A stretch of 63,727 nucleotides of DNA, counting the filler, from Octopus bimaculoides (taxonomy: Eukaryota): assembly GCF_001194135.2 (NCBI RefSeq). It is 5 parts of 4 records of this genome, joined end to end, with 100 filler letters (N's around TTAATTAATTAA, not from the genome) between each part and the next. Parts side by side here need not be neighbours in the genome. Positions count along the whole stretch, not along the records: positions 61,748 to 63,727 come from NW_026418902.1; 4 more parts are not named here. The stretch is one strand, 5' to 3'. This document shows, in pieces, positions 61,648-63,727 of the stretch. A program made the position numbers and the translations under genes. Every line of letters begins with the position of its first letter. Within the stretch, counting starts at the first letter, position 1. The notes beneath the pieces were generated by a model, which was not told the DNA's origin, searched no databases, and saw nothing but the letters and a program-made list of their open reading frames with translations.

Positions 61648-62879
61648 NNNNNNNNNNNNNNNNNNNNNNNNNNNNNNNNNNNNNNNNNNNNTTAATTAAT
61701 TAANNNNNNNNNNNNNNNNNNNNNNNNNNNNNNNNNNNNNNNNNNNNGTGTGTGTGTGTGTGTATGTGTGTGTGTGTGCGTGTGCGTGTACGCGTACATG
61801 AACACAGGCACGCATACGTCTTGTATATCATTGCTGTTTTAAAATTACTCTCATTTTCATTTCCCATATGACTTGGGTTAGTAAATTAGATTTAACTATT
61901 AAAATACGCCTAACTTGAACACAATTGCAAGTCTACAACCCGGAACCATGTGCTTGAGAAGCTTACCTCATACCACATAACAGCGCCTGTATTTAAACAT
62001 ACACTCACACGCACATACACACATATATACATGTATATATATATATATATATNNNNNNNNNNAATGTAGATGAAATATTGAGTGTTCAATATAAAGGATC
62101 AAATATATAAATATAAGTATATATATATACACATCAGGCTTCGACACAGTTTCCGTTTGCCAAATTCACTCACAAAGCATTGGTCAAAGCGGGGCTATAG
62201 TTGAAGGCACATGCTCAATGTGCCGTTCATTGGGATTTAACCTGAAGTCACGCGGTTCCAAAGCGATCTTTTTAATCATACAGCTATTCTTACAGAGATT
62301 ACTTGACAAAAAATAAAACAGAACAAAAACAAAACAAATTAATGATAACAAACGTCTCGAGTGGAAATAAAACCCGTTTCATGAATTCGAGGCGTTGTTT
62401 CAATGGATTTTCTCTATAATCATAATATATAACACGAATTATTTCCACTCGAACTGCGATACAGAGATATGCCATATCCTAGAAAATCGAACAAGTCATT
62501 AATCGAAGCCCTATTTGTATGACTACATCATATCTCTTTCTATCTATCTCTTTATCTATTGATCTTTATTATTTTCTATCTGTTTATTCAGACCAACGAC
62601 TCCCTAGACAATGATAAATCAGAAGTCGAAACTATACGCGACAGACGGCACTTATGGTTATTAAAGGTACAGTCAGGAAGTAAAGATTGTCTGGAAAACA
62701 TTCGCTTCGCTGACCTACCAGCACTGTTCCTATGGATGTGGTCGATGTTCTAACCGACGCGTATATGTGAAAAGGGAGCCAACAACGGAGGTTCTATGCA
62801 GTGTCTTGATCTGATTAAATAGCAGCCAAATCCTCTTCAAATAACAACGCCGGACGATCTGACCACAGTTAGAATATCT

Positions 62880-62972
62880 TTTATATTGTATCAAGATTCC
62901 GTGCATTTATTTGTAAAGTTAAAGAAGTTATTAAAAATTGAAACCCATCAGTGACTTTTGGGACATCCTGTA
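62880..62972 (-). mobile_element. Tc1/mariner-type terminus
   Basis: Minus strand TACAGGATGTCCCAAAAGTCAC.. (TA + CAGG.TG.CCCAAAAGT), similar to the terminus at 27929. Confidence 0.45.
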
Positions 62973-63263
62973 TGTGTGTCTTTGTGTTTGTGCCTATCCT
63001 CGATCCACCGCCTGACAACTGGAACTGGTTTGATGATGTCCCCATAACATAGCAGTTCGGCAAAATAATTCGATATAATAGGTATTAGAGGTTTAAAAAA
63101 TTTACTGGTGTCGATTTGTTCGACTAATCTCTTCACTGCGGTGCCCTAGCATGGCCGCAGTCCAGTGACTGAAACAAGTAAAGGATGTGTGTGTATGTGT
63201 GTGTGTTTTGCTCTTTGGGTCATAATTCAGATTCCCTTACGTATTGTCACAACCACGTGGTTG

Positions 63264-63396
63264 CTCAGATGAAGAACAGTTACTCAGATAAAGAACAGTT
63301 ACTCAGATGAAGAATGGTTACTCAGATAAAGAACAGTTACTCAAACGAAGAACGGTTACTCAGATAAAGAACAGTTACTCGGATAAAGAACAGTTT
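63264..63396 (+). repeat. Minisatellite, 7 x 19 bp (CTCAGATAAAGAACAGTTA)
   Basis: Seven contiguous units read directly; units 2, 4 and 6 are identical. Confidence 0.95.
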
Positions 63397-63491
63397 GAGC
63401 GCTACATGCGTGTGTGCAGTTTAAAGTGATCGCCTGCATGTCTACGTAAGACGTTACCCTAACGTTCGCAAACGAATTTTAAAACACACAC

Positions 63492-63532
<41 letters not shown>

Positions 63533-63727
63533 AAGCACGTGTCCCATAAGAGTGTGATGTTTTCAAGTGTAAAATCTCTTAAAAAGTTAACTTACGTATG
63601 GGACATCCCATGCGCTTAGCTCTATATATAGGTATGTATATGTATATATTTAGAAACATACAAATGTGCGGGCATAAGTATATATGCATTTATGTATGCA
63701 TGTATGTGTGTGTGTATGTGTGTGTGT

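Noticed and set aside
63264-63396. Possible CRISPR-like array
   Set aside because: Units are contiguous with no unique spacers, and the context is eukaryotic; it is a minisatellite.

Overview
Repeat-rich, gap-riddled animal genomic DNA. The SINE families, the dense (TA)n/(TG)n/(TACA)n/(GATA)n microsatellites and the base composition suggest a coleoid cephalopod, probably an octopus draft assembly; this is inference. One host gene is clearly recognisable: a + strand core-2/I-branching beta-1,6-N-acetylglucosaminyltransferase (GT14/GCNT family). I can trace a probable ATG exon (12126-12139), a transmembrane/stem exon (12677-12869) and a catalytic-domain exon (15891-16432). Its C-terminal exon(s) were not found in the sequenced part of the window. 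The rest is mostly transposon remnants: a pogo-type element, several mariners, two hAT elements, a Dong/R4-clade LINE next to a (TAA)n tract with its RT core deleted, RTE and CR1-like LINE fragments, and at least four tRNA-headed SINE families in dozens of copies. Most ORF-track entries are artefacts of microsatellites or N-gaps. The most intriguing unexplained items are a dense, palindromic Pol II promoter-like cassette followed by a 40-codon ORF and AATAAA (41.3-41.7 kb), a head-to-head tRNA-Asp-like inverted repeat (60.5-61.0 kb), and closely spaced inverted SINE pairs that could form long dsRNA. No CRISPR array or rRNA was found, and I cannot support a claim of a wholly new system.
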